A stretch of DNA of 64,000 nt. Source: an uncultured Actinomycetota bacterium (lineage in GTDB: Bacteria; Actinomycetota; Actinomycetes; Actinomycetales; Cellulomonadaceae). The stretch covers positions 696,287 through 760,286 of the forward strand of contig CAWIOT010000007.1 of assembly GCA_963837795.1 (NCBI GenBank), in the 5' to 3' direction. Numbering within the stretch: position 1 is the first letter of the stretch; each line of letters starts with the position of its first letter. Positions 11,100 through 21,498 of the stretch are shown piece by piece. The notes under the pieces were generated by a model. The model was given only the letters and a program-made list of their open reading frames with translations. It ran no database searches and had not been told where the DNA came from. The position numbers and the translations under genes were made by a program.

Positions 11100-14000
11100 A
11101 TGAGCAAGGGCACCGAGCGCGACGAGCCGGGACAGCAGCGCGAGGACGGGGCGTCGACCCTCGACCTCGCCGGGGCCGACCCGTCGTCCGGACCGGTCTG
11201 GCCGGTCTGGGGCGGGGAGCCCGTCGGCTCCGGCACCCCCGACCGCTCGGCAGGGTCGGGTGCGCCCGCCACCGGGGCGCACGACGCCCCTCCCGTCTCC
11301 GGCGAGGACGCCGACGACGTCGAGGTGCCCGACGAGGCCGCCGCGACCGACGACCGGGAGATCGACGACGTCGAGGGCGCCGACCCGGTGGACGACGCCG
11401 ACCCGGTGGACGACGCCGACCCGGTGGACGACGCCGACCCGGTGGACGACGCCGACCCGGTGGACGACGCCGACCCGGCTGATGCCCCCGGCCCGGCCGC
11501 CGACACGGACGACGCCGGCCCGGCCGACGACACCTCCGGCGCGACGCACGAGCTCGAACCGACCGAGACTGTCCCCGTCGCCGGCGACGACACCGCGGGG
11601 ACTGACGCGGCCGACGGGCCCGACCCGGCCGCCGAGCCCGTTCCGGCCGACGGGCCCGAGGCGACCGACGAGAGCGACCCGGTCCGACGAGCCCGACCCG
11701 GCCGACGAGCTCGACCCGGTCGACGACACCGACCCGGTCGACGACACCGACCCGGTCGACGAGCTCGACCCGGCCCACGAGCCGGGTGCGGCCGGGACCC
11801 CTGATGCCGCGGGTCCAGCCGCGTCGGAGCCTGCCGCAGCTGCCGCAGCCGTCTCGTCGGGCGAGGAGCCGGTCGACGACTCCGGCGACGGGCCGGACGA
11901 CGACGCGCGCGCCGAGCGGAACGGCGCCCCACGCGACGACTCGGAAGACGACGCGGACGACGACGCGGTCGATGAGCCGGCCGGCGCCGGGTCGTCGGCA
12001 CGCGCGTCGGACGACGACCCGACGCCCACCGGTGGCGGGGACGCAGCGACCGCCGTCCTGGCGCCGGTGGCGGCGGCCTCCGCGGCGCCGCGGCCGGTGG
12101 GCACGCTCGCAGCACCGGTCACCCGCACCGTCCGGGGGACCGCACCCGCCGCGCAGGCGACACCGGCGAGCGCCCCGACCGACCAGAGCGCGACCGAGCA
12201 GAGCACCACCGAGCAGAGCACGACCGACCAGAGCACCACCGAGCAGAGCGCGACCGAGCAGACCACGACCGACGAGAGCACGACCGAGCAGAGCACGACC
12301 GGCACTGCGAAGGCCGCGGCCGCACCGGCTGCGCCGACAGCGGCCGCGGTTGCGGCGGCTGCCGCGGTGTCGTCTCCGGCGACCGCCGCTCCGCCCGCCC
12401 CGGATCCGGTGTCGGTGCCGGTCTCGACGTCACCGATCCCGTCCGGTCCGGTGCCGCCGTCGGGCGCGCAGACCGCCGCGCCGACCGCTGCGCTGCCCGC
12501 AGCGCAGGGACCGATCCCGTCGGGCCCGGTGCCGCCGTCGTCGGACCGGCGCGAGTCGCCGCTCGACGTGTTCGAGGCCGAGGAGCGCAAGCGGCGCTGG
12601 CCCAGGCGCCTGCTGGTCGTGGGCCTCGTGGTCGTCGTCCTCGGCGCGGTGTACGTCGGCGCGTCCTACGCGCTCGCCGACCGCGTCCCGCGCGGCGCGA
12701 CGGTGGCCGGGGTGGACATCGGTGGCCTGACGTCGGACGAGGCGGTCGCCCGGCTCGACGACGAGCTCGCGGACGCGACCACACAGCCGATCCCGGTGGT
12801 CGCCGACGACGTGCAGGCGACCATCGACCCGGTCGCCGCCGGGCTGACCTTCGACGCGCAGGCCACGGTGGACGAGCTCACGGGCGTGAACCTGGCCGAG
12901 CCGCAGCGCCTCTGGGGGCACCTGGCGGGCGTCGGCGAGCAGGAGCCGGTCACGGCCGTGGACGAGGACGCGCTCGCGGCCTCGATCAGCGACCTGGGCA
13001 CCTCGCTGGCCCTCGCCCCGGTGGACGGCACGGTCGTGTTCGTCGACGCGACCGCGCAGTCGACGGACGCGGTCGACGGGTGGGACCTGGACCAGCCGGG
13101 CGCGGCGGACGTGCTCGAGGCCGACTGGCTGGTGGCCGCACGCCCGGTCGAGCTGCCGACGGTCGCCTCCGAGCCCGACATCACGCAGGACGAGACCGAT
13201 GCGGCGCTCACCGAGGCGCAGAAGGTGACGTCGGCGCCCGTGACGGTGACGGTCGAGGGGCGCAGCGCCACGCTGGACGCCCCCACGCTGGCGGCGAACG
13301 CGTCGTTCGTCCCGGCGGACGGTGACCTGACGTTGCAGATGAACGGCGAGGGCCTGTCCGCGGCGGTGCTCGCGCAGCTGCCCGACCTGCTGACGCAGTC
13401 GGCCGACGCGCACTTCGAGTTCGTCGACGACGCTCCGGTGATCGTCCCCGGGACGCCCGGCACGACGCTCGACCCGGCGGCACTGGCGTCCGGCGTCGCG
13501 CTGGCCGCCACGGGCGACGACCGGACCGCACCCGTCGAGCTGGTGCAGGCGGACCCGGCGCAGTCGACGGCCGAGCTGGAGGCCTTGGGCGTCAAGGAGA
13601 TCGTCTCGGAGTTCTCCACGCCGCTGAACAGCGAGCCGCGCCGGACGGTGAACATCACCAACGGCGCGAGCAAGATCAGCGGCACGCTCATCCGCCCCGG
13701 GGAGACGTTCAGCCTGACCGAGGCGCTCGGGCCGATCGACGCGGCGCACGGCTACGTCGAGGCCGGTGCGATCGTCAGCGGCGAGCACACCGACGCGTGG
13801 GGCGGCGGCCTGAGCCAGGTGTCGACCACGACGTACAACGCGGCGTTCCTGGCCGGCTTCGAGGACGTCGAGCACCGCCCGCACAGCGAGTGGTTCTCGC
13901 GGTACCCCGAGGGTCGGGAGGCGACGATCTTCACCGGCACGCTCGACATGCGGTGGAAGAACAACACCCCGCACGGCGCGCTGGTCCAGGCCTGGGTCTC

Positions 14001-14277
14001 CGGCGGCCGTGTCTACGTGCGCGTGTGGGGCACCAAGTACTGGACCGTCGAGTCGATCACGAGCCCGCGGTCCGGCGTGGTCGCCCCGACCACCGTGTAC
14101 TCGCAGTCGCCCACGTGCGAGGCGCAGTCGGCGGGCAACCCCGGCTTCTCGGTCACCGTCACCCGCAAGACGTACCTGGAGGGTGCGCTGCAGAAGACGG
14201 AGTCCAACTCCTGGCGCTACAAGCCGCAGAACAAGGTGGTCTGCGGTCCCGCCCCGACCCCTGCTGCGGCGCCGTAG
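11100..14277 (+). CDS. VanW-domain membrane protein with a ~480-aa acidic repeat-rich N-terminal region; reading frame broken by a 1-nt insertion near 11684-11685
   Basis: ATG 11100 has GGGGAG upstream. Frame 0 encodes MSKGTERDE... with DPVDDA repeats. The same repeat family continues in frame +1 from 11695 and runs to stop 14277. The length 11100..14277 is 3n+1. A TM span (RLLVVGLVVVVLGAVYVGASY) follows. The C-terminal VanW signature is TFSLTEALGPIDAAHGYVEAGAI...GGGLSQVSTTTYNAAF. Confidence 0.8.
11382..11471 (+). repeat. Five perfect tandem copies of the 18-bp unit GACCCGGTGGACGACGCC (DPVDDA), plus a degenerate sixth
   Basis: Counted directly in the sequence. The units are in frame with ATG 11100. 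Confidence 0.98.
11676..11784 (+). repeat. Six degenerate copies of the same 18-bp family (GACCCGGYCGACGASMYC); the first unit is 19 nt
   Basis: The unit 11676-11694 carries an extra C (GTCC). The following units are phased in frame +1. Confidence 0.9.
12181..12300 (+). repeat. Eight tandem 15-bp units (GASCAGAGCNCSACC; T[ED]QS[TA]T peptide repeat)
   Basis: Counted directly. The units encode DQSATEQSTTEQSTTDQSTTEQSATEQTTTDESTTEQSTT. Confidence 0.95.
12433..12540 (+). repeat. Two 30-bp near-identical copies (12433-12462 and 12511-12540) encoding PIPSGPVPPS
   Basis: 27 of 30 nt are identical by direct comparison. Confidence 0.9.
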
Positions 14278-14580
14278 TCAGGCGTCCGTCGGCCGGTGCC
14301 GTCGGCCGGCGGGCGGCGGTGGCACCAGCTTGGTGAGGACGATGTCCGCGGCCGGGACCCGCACGTCCCCGCGGCGCGTGCGCACCAGGACGCCGTCGTC
14401 GTCGACGGCCAGCAGCTCGCCGAGCACGTCGGTGTGCTGCGGCGCACGGAGGCCGGGGTGCTCGGGGTGCGGCTCGGGCAGGTCGTCGCGCAGCCGCCGG
14501 ACGACGACGCGGACCCCCGGTGACCAGCCACGCCACGCCCCGCCGGTCACGAGGCGCCCTCGTGTCCCGGTGGTGGACAC
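14278..14580 (-). CDS. Hypothetical 100-aa protein, resembling the SH3-like N-terminal domain found on some actinobacterial GNAT proteins
   Basis: GC3 is high throughout. The pattern GVRVVVRRL...TDVLGELLAVDDDGVLVRTRRGDVRVPAADIVLTKLVPP resembles the N-terminal domain of Rv0428c-type acetyltransferases, but no GNAT domain follows. Confidence 0.55.
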   Translation of the reverse strand: MSTTGTRGRLVTGGAWRGWSPGVRVVVRRLRDDLPEPHPEHPGLRAPQHTDVLGELLAVDDDGVLVRTRRGDVRVPAADIVLTKLVPPPPAGRRHRPTDA

Positions 14581-14644
14581 CGCGTCGCGGGCTTCGGCAT
14601 GTGAGCGATACTAGGCAGGACCCCTGGCCTGTGGAGGACCGACC

Positions 14645-14971
14645 GTGACGTATGTGATCGCCGAGCCCTGCGTGGACGTCAAGGACAAGGCGTGCATCGA
14701 GGAATGTCCCGTGGACTGCATCTACGAGGGCAAGCGATCGCTGTACATCCACCCCGACGAGTGCGTCGACTGTGGAGCCTGCGAGCCGGTCTGCCCGGTG
14801 GAGGCCATCTACTACGAGGACGACGTCCCCGAGCAGTGGACCGAGTACTACAAGGCGAACGTCGAGTTCTTCGACGACCTCGGTTCGCCCGGCGGTGCCG
14901 CGAAGATGGGTGAGATCGACAAGGACCACCCGATCATCGCGACGCTGCCGCTGCGCGTGCACGGCGAGTGA
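14645..14971 (+). CDS. fdxA: 7Fe ferredoxin
   Basis: GTG 14645 follows GGAGGA. The Cys patterns CVDVKDKACIEECPVDC and CVDCGACEPVCP match the [3Fe-4S][4Fe-4S] ferredoxin family. Confidence 0.95.
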   Translation: MTYVIAEPCVDVKDKACIEECPVDCIYEGKRSLYIHPDECVDCGACEPVCPVEAIYYEDDVPEQWTEYYKANVEFFDDLGSPGGAAKMGEIDKDHPIIATLPLRVHGE

Positions 14972-14981
14972 CGTCGGCCCG

Positions 14982-16112
14982 ATGGGCCTGCTGACCGGCG
15001 CCCTGCCGGACTTCCCCTGGGACACGCTGACGCCGTTCGCGGACCGCGCCCGCGCGTACCCCGGAGGTCTGGTCGACCTGTCCGTCGGCACGCCCGTCGA
15101 CCCGACGCCCGAGGTGGTGCGGGAGGCGCTGGCCGCGGCGGCGGACTCGCCGGGCTATCCGACGACGCACGGCACACCGCAGCTGCGGCAGGCGGTGGTC
15201 GACTGGTTCGCCCGGCGGCGCGGCGTCCGTGGGCTCGACCCCGCGGCCGTGCTGCCCACGGTCGGCTCCAAGGAGCTCGTCGCGTTCCTGCCGTCGCTGC
15301 TGGGCCTCGGTGCCGGCGACGTGGTGCTGCACCCGTCGGCGGCGTACCCCACCTATGACGTGGGTGCGCGGCTCGCGGGAGCGGTACCGGAGCCGACGGA
15401 CGACCCGGCGGCGCGGCTGCGCTCCGGCGACGACGTGCGCCTCGTGTGGCTGAACTCGCCGGGCAACCCCGACGGGTCGGTGCTCGGCGTCGACCAGCTG
15501 CGCGACGTGGTCGATGCCGCGCGGTCGTCGTCGCGGCCCGTCGTCGTGGCCTCCGACGAGTGCTACGCGGAGCTCGCGTGGGACGAGCCGTGGGCCTCCA
15601 CCGGCGTACCGAGCGTGCTGGACCCGCGGGTGACCGGCGGCGACCTGACCGGTCTGCTCGCGGTCTACTCGCTGTCCAAGCAGTCGAACCTGGCCGGGTA
15701 CCGCGCGGCGTTCGTCGCGGGCGACCCGGCGCTCGTGGCCCGGCTGCTGGAGGTGCGCAAGCACGCCGGCATGATCGTGCCCGGTCCGGTGCAGGCGGCG
15801 ACGGCGGCGGCGCTGGCGGACGACGAGCACGTCGCGGCCCAGCGGGCTCGGTACGGCCGGCGTCGCCGGGTGCTGCGTGCGGCCCTGGAGAGCGCGGGCT
15901 ACGTCGTCGACCGGTCGCACGCCGGGCTGTACCTGTGGGTGCGGCCGGAGTCGGGCGGCCAGGACAGCTGGGCCACGGTCGCCGACCTGGCGGGGCTCGG
16001 CATCCTGGTGGCACCGGGGGCGTTCTACGGTGACGCGGCGCACGTGCGGATCGCGCTGACGGCCTCCGACGAGCAGATCGCGGAGGCGGCGGCACGGCTC
16101 GGGGGCGCGTGA
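14982..16112 (+). CDS. dapC: Succinyldiaminopimelate aminotransferase (class I/II aminotransferase)
   Basis: ATG 14982 lies 10 nt after the fdxA stop. The fdx-dapC adjacency is conserved in actinobacteria, and the PLP-Lys region is YSLSKQSNLAGYR. Confidence 0.85.
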   Translation: MGLLTGALPDFPWDTLTPFADRARAYPGGLVDLSVGTPVDPTPEVVREALAAAADSPGYPTTHGTPQLRQAVVDWFARRRGVRGLDPAAVLPTVGSKELVAFLPSLLGLGAGDVVLHPSAAYPTYDVGARLAGAVPEPTDDPAARLRSGDDVRLVWLNSPGNPDGSVLGVDQLRDVVDAARSSSRPVVVASDECYAELAWDEPWASTGVPSVLDPRVTGGDLTGLLAVYSLSKQSNLAGYRAAFVAGDPALVARLLEVRKHAGMIVPGPVQAATAAALADDEHVAAQRARYGRRRRVLRAALESAGYVVDRSHAGLYLWVRPESGGQDSWATVADLAGLGILVAPGAFYGDAAHVRIALTASDEQIAEAAARLGGA

Positions 16113-16119
16113 GCGAGCG

Positions 16120-16139
16120 GGTGTGATCGTCGTCACACC
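16120..16139. promoter_or_regulatory. Perfect CRP/GlxR-type palindrome GGTGTGA-N6-TCACACC between dapC and gltA
   Basis: TGTGA is at 16122-16126 and TCACA at 16133-16137. The site lies 8 nt after the dapC stop and ~175 nt upstream of the gltA ATG. It could alternatively act as a short hairpin. Confidence 0.55.
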
Positions 16140-16311
16140 TGTACCAACGTCTCGTCGAGAATTGGTCATGGAACGCGCGACGCAGGTACCGTCGATCCAC
16201 GCCAACGAGGGCACGCACGCGCAGGCCCCACCGGCCCACCCAGCGCAGTCGACGACGACCGGACGTCGCGGGACATCCCCGCCTCCCCGGGAGTCGCAGG
16301 AGAGGAACCCC

Positions 16312-17618
<1,307 letters not shown>

Positions 17619-17622
<4 letters not shown>

Positions 17623-18509
17623 CCGGGCAGGGTCAGCCGCACGGCACCCGCGGGAAGCGGCGCCGGCGCCGCTGCCCAGGCGCCGCCGTCGCGGTCCCAG
17701 ACCTGGTCGGCGACCTGCACGGCGGTCAGCTGCAGCGGCTGCGCGACGGACACGGCCCACTGCGCGACCGCCCAGTCGAGCCGGGCGCGGTCGGCGGCCG
17801 CGCCGAACGCCGAGGTGTCCAGGTCGAGCGTGCTGCCGCCGTCCGGGGCCGCGGTGACGGCCACGGGCAGCGCGCCGAGGTCCCGCTGCACGCGGGCCAC
17901 CACGGCGTCGGCGGTCGCGGCGGAGGCGTCGGCGGTGTGCAGGCGGCACGTCACGATGCCGGGCGAGAAGCCGGTGAGCGCCGAGGCCCACGCCCGGGCG
18001 CGCGTCTCGTGCTGCGCGTAGGCCTCGGGGAAGCCCGAGCGCTGCACGGCCTGGGCGGCCTCCGTGACGGGCAGGTTCTCGTACCCGGGCACCGTGACCA
18101 GGCCGTCGTAGAACCGCCCGGTGGAGTACACCGGGTCCTGCACCTGCTCGACCGTGCCCCAGCCCTGGGACGGTCGCTGCTGGAACAGGCCGAGGCTGTC
18201 CCGGTCACCGTGGCTGACGTTCTCCAGCTTCGACTCCTGCAGCGCGGTGGCCAGCGCGATGGTCACCGCCCGGGCGGGCAGCCCGCGCTGGACGGCGACC
18301 GCCGCGATGAGGGCCGCGTTCTGCGCCTGGTCGGGGTCCAGCGACCACCGCGTCCCGTCCAGCTCCGCGACGCACCGCTCGGCGACGGGCGGCGCAGGGT
18401 GGGACCGGTTGAGCGCGACGACGACGCCGGCGACCCCGAGACCGAGCACGACGACCGTGGCGACGACCGCGCACCCGGCCCGGCGGGCTCGTCGGCGACG
18501 TCGGCTCAT
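17619..18509 (-). CDS. Membrane-anchored secreted protein with an SLT/lysozyme-like motif
   Basis: ATG 18509 overlaps the dapD stop (ATGA). The N-terminus [12 protein letters not shown] is followed by a TM span. The motif [30 protein letters not shown] resembles the ES...GLMQ core of lytic transglycosylases. This is the real part of the longer ORF 17619..19136. Confidence 0.65.
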
Positions 18510-19453
18510 TCGTTGGCGTGCAGCGCGGCGTTGAGCTCGACGCCGGACCCGGCGCGCGCCACCGCCTCGACGCCCCCGGTGAGCGAGTTGCGGCGGAACA
18601 GCACGCCGTCCCGTCCGGCGAGCTCGCGCGCCTTGACCACGGGCGGCGCGTCCTCGAACCCGACGAGGGTGACCTTGGTGCCGGCGGTGACGTACAGGCC
18701 GGCCTCGACCACGCAGTCGTCGCCCAGCGGGATCCCGACGCCGGCGTTCGCGCCGAGCAGCGTCCGGCGTCCGATCGAGACCACCTCGCGACCGCCCCCG
18801 GACAGGGTGCCCATGATCGAGGCCCCGCCGCCCACGTCCGACCCGTCGCCGACGACGACACCCGCCGAGATGCGCCCCTCGACCATCGAGGTGCCCAGCG
18901 TGCCGGCGTTGAAGTTGACGAAGCCCTCGTGCATGACCGTGGTCCCGGCGGCCAGGTGCGCACCGAGGCGCACGCGGTCGGCGTCGGCCACCCGCACCCC
19001 CGACGGCAGCACGTAGTCGACCATCCGCGGGAACTTGTCGACGCTGAGCACGGAGACGGGGGTGCCGTAGTGGGCGCGCAGCCGGGCGCGGGTCTGCTCG
19101 AAGCCGTCGACCGCGCACGGTCCGCGGTCGGTCCACACCACGTTGGGCAGCATCCCGAAGAGCCCGTCGAGGTTCTGCCCGTGCGGCTGGACCAGGCGGT
19201 GCGAGAGCAGGTGCAGGCGCAGGTAGGCGTCGGCGGTGTCCGCGAGCGGTGCGTCCAGGTCGACGACCGTGCGGACCACCTGCACGCGCACGCCGCGCGC
19301 CTCGTCGGCGCCCTCTGCGGCGACGAGGTCCGCCGGTGCGGTGGCGTCCTCGTCCGGCTCGCCGAGCGCGGGGGAGGGGTACCAGACGTCGAGCGTGGTG
19401 CCGTCGTCGGTCACCGTGGCCAGGCCGAAGCCCCAGGCCGTCCGTGCAGTCAT
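18506..19453 (-). CDS. dapD: 2,3,4,5-tetrahydropyridine-2,6-dicarboxylate N-succinyltransferase
   Basis: Actinobacterial DapD architecture with a hexapeptide-repeat C-terminal half ([35 protein letters not shown]). It is divergent from dapE. Confidence 0.9.
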   Translation of the reverse strand: MTARTAWGFGLATVTDDGTTLDVWYPSPALGEPDEDATAPADLVAAEGADEARGVRVQVVRTVVDLDAPLADTADAYLRLHLLSHRLVQPHGQNLDGLFGMLPNVVWTDRGPCAVDGFEQTRARLRAHYGTPVSVLSVDKFPRMVDYVLPSGVRVADADRVRLGAHLAAGTTVMHEGFVNFNAGTLGTSMVEGRISAGVVVGDGSDVGGGASIMGTLSGGGREVVSIGRRTLLGANAGVGIPLGDDCVVEAGLYVTAGTKVTLVGFEDAPPVVKARELAGRDGVLFRRNSLTGGVEAVARAGSGVELNAALHANE

Positions 19454-19460
19454 GGCGACA

Positions 19461-19512
19461 ACCCTAGGTCAACGCCAGGTCATCCCGGGCGCCGCGGGCC
19501 GCGGGCTAGGGT
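19461..19512. promoter_or_regulatory. Divergent leaderless promoters of dapD and dapE (two TAGGGT -10 boxes)
   Basis: The minus-strand TAGGGT (19466-19461) lies 7 nt before the dapD ATG at 19453. The plus-strand TAGGGT (19507-19512) lies 6 nt before the dapE GTG at 19519. Neither has an SD. Confidence 0.55.
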
Positions 19513-19518
19513 CGCCGG

Positions 19519-20607
19519 GTGGACACCGCCCTGGACCTCACGTCGGATCTCGTCACCCTCACCCGCGCGCTGTGCGACCTGCCGTCCGAGAGCGGCGACG
19601 AGCGCGCGATCGCCGACGCGGTCGAGGCGGCGCTGCGCGGGTACGCCCACCTGGAGGTGCTGCGCGACGGCGATGCCGTGGTCGCCCGCACGGCGCTGGG
19701 CCGCCCGTCGCGCGTGGTCGTGGCGGGTCACCTGGACACCGTGCCGATCGCCGACAACCTGCCCACGCGTCTCGTCGGCGAGGGGGGGCACGCGGAGCTG
19801 TGGGGGCGCGGGACCGTCGACATGAAGGCCGGGGTCGCGGTGCAGCTGGCGCTCGCGGCGGAGCTGTCCGCGCCGTCGCGGGACGTCACGTGGGTGTTCT
19901 ACGACCACGAGGAGGTCGCCGCCGACCTCAACGGCCTCGGGCGGGTCGTGCGGGAGCACCCCGACTGGGTGGCCGGCGACTTCGCGGTGCTGTGCGAGCC
20001 GACGAACGGCGGCCTCGAGGGCGGGTGCAACGGCACCCTGCGCGCCGAGGTGCGGCTGACCGGCGTCGCGGCGCACTCCGCGCGCGCCTGGATGGGTCGC
20101 AACGCCGTGCACGCCGCCGGCGAGGTGCTGCGGCGCCTCGAGGCGTACACGCCCGCACAGGTCGAGGTCGACGGCCTGGTGTACCGGGAGAGCCTCAACG
20201 CGGTGCTCATCTCGGGCGGCACGGCGACGAACGTCATCCCCGACGCGTGCGTGGTCACCGTCAACTACCGGTTCGCGCCCTCGGCCACGGTGGAGCAGGC
20301 GACCGCGCACGTGCGCGAGCTGTTCGACGGCTACGACGTGGTGCTCGTCGACGCGGCCCCCGGCGCCCGACCGGGGCTCGACGACCCGACCGCGCAGGAC
20401 TTCGCGGCGGCCGTCCTGCAGATCACCGGCGGCACCCCCGCGGCCAAGTACGGCTGGACCGACGTCGCGCGCTTCTCGGAGCTGGGTGTCCCCGCGGTGA
20501 ACTTCGGCCCCGGGGACCCGCTGCTCGCGCACAAGCAGGACGAGCGCTGCCCCGTGAGCCAGATCGCGCTCGCCCACGCAGCGCTGCGCTCGTGGCTGAC
20601 CGCCTGA
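19519..20607 (+). CDS. dapE: Succinyl-diaminopimelate desuccinylase (M20 peptidase)
   Basis: GTG 19519. M20 metal-ligand regions AGHLDTVP and GRGTVDMKAG are present, and the gene is divergent from dapD. Confidence 0.9.
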   Translation: MDTALDLTSDLVTLTRALCDLPSESGDERAIADAVEAALRGYAHLEVLRDGDAVVARTALGRPSRVVVAGHLDTVPIADNLPTRLVGEGGHAELWGRGTVDMKAGVAVQLALAAELSAPSRDVTWVFYDHEEVAADLNGLGRVVREHPDWVAGDFAVLCEPTNGGLEGGCNGTLRAEVRLTGVAAHSARAWMGRNAVHAAGEVLRRLEAYTPAQVEVDGLVYRESLNAVLISGGTATNVIPDACVVTVNYRFAPSATVEQATAHVRELFDGYDVVLVDAAPGARPGLDDPTAQDFAAAVLQITGGTPAAKYGWTDVARFSELGVPAVNFGPGDPLLAHKQDERCPVSQIALAHAALRSWLTA

Positions 20608-20663
20608 GGTGAACGCAGCGCGTCGCACGGGTGACCGCGGCCGCCGGACACGCCGCACCGACC

Positions 20664-20669
20664 TAGAGT
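20664..20669 (+). promoter_or_regulatory. -10 box TAGAGT, 7 nt upstream of the LOG ATG (leaderless)
   Basis: Read directly from the sequence. No SD is present. Confidence 0.5.
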
Positions 20670-20676
20670 CGGGACC

Positions 20677-21498
20677 ATGAGCGACGACGGTCTGTCCGCC
20701 CCCGGTCACGGCTACCGCAAGGGCCCGGTCCTGCTGCGCGGTCAGCAGATCCCCACGACCACCTCCGACCAGCGCCTGCTGAGCGGCGCCGGCACGGCGG
20801 ACTGGGTGCACGGCGACCCGTGGCGCGTGATGCGCATCCAGAGCGAGTTCGTGGAGGGCTTCGGCGCGCTGGCCGAGGTCGGTCCGGCGGTGAGCGTGTT
20901 CGGGTCCGCGCGGGTTCCCGCCGACCACCCCGACTACGCCGTGGGCATGGAGGTGGCCCGACGGCTGGCCGAGGCCGGGTACGCCGTGATCACCGGTGGG
21001 GGCCCCGGGATCATGGAGGCGGCCAACCGCGGCGCCGTCGAGGCGGGCGGGCTGTCCGTGGGCCTGGGCATCGAGCTGCCCTTCGAGCAGGGCATGAACG
21101 ACTACGTCGACCTGGGCGTGAACTTCCGGTACTTCTTCGCCCGCAAGACGATGTTCGTCAAGTACTCCGAGGGATTCGTCGTCATGCCCGGCGGCTTCGG
21201 CACGTTCGACGAGCTGTTCGAGGCCATGACGCTCGTGCAGACGCACAAGGTCATCAGCTTCCCGATCGTCCTGGTGGGCCGCGCGTACTGGCAGGGGCTG
21301 CTCGACTGGGTGGGGAGCACGGTGCTCGAGCGCGGCATGATCTCGGCCGCGGACCTCGAGCTGCTCAAGGTCGTCGACACCGCGCAGGAGGCGGTGGAGA
21401 TCGTCCTGGAGCGCGGCGCCGAGCTGCGTGCGGAGGAGCGGGCGGCGGCCGCGGCCAACGCCCAGGCCGAAGAGGCCGCCGAGGGCCGGGCGCGGTGA
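20677..21498 (+). CDS. LOG family (TIGR00730) nucleotide phosphoribohydrolase
   Basis: Motifs GGGPGIMEAANRGA and MPGGFGTFDELFE are present. Its position beside dapE and folP2 matches mycobacterial Rv1205. Confidence 0.9.
   Translation: MSDDGLSAPGHGYRKGPVLLRGQQIPTTTSDQRLLSGAGTADWVHGDPWRVMRIQSEFVEGFGALAEVGPAVSVFGSARVPADHPDYAVGMEVARRLAEAGYAVITGGGPGIMEAANRGAVEAGGLSVGLGIELPFEQGMNDYVDLGVNFRYFFARKTMFVKYSEGFVVMPGGFGTFDELFEAMTLVQTHKVISFPIVLVGRAYWQGLLDWVGSTVLERGMISAADLELLKVVDTAQEAVEIVLERGAELRAEERAAAAANAQAEEAAEGRAR

Noticed and set aside
11382-12300. Tandem repeats considered as a possible CRISPR array or satellite
   Set aside because: The units are 15-18 bp, directly abutting with no spacers. They are multiples of 3 nt and in phase with a coding frame that encodes acidic peptide repeats.
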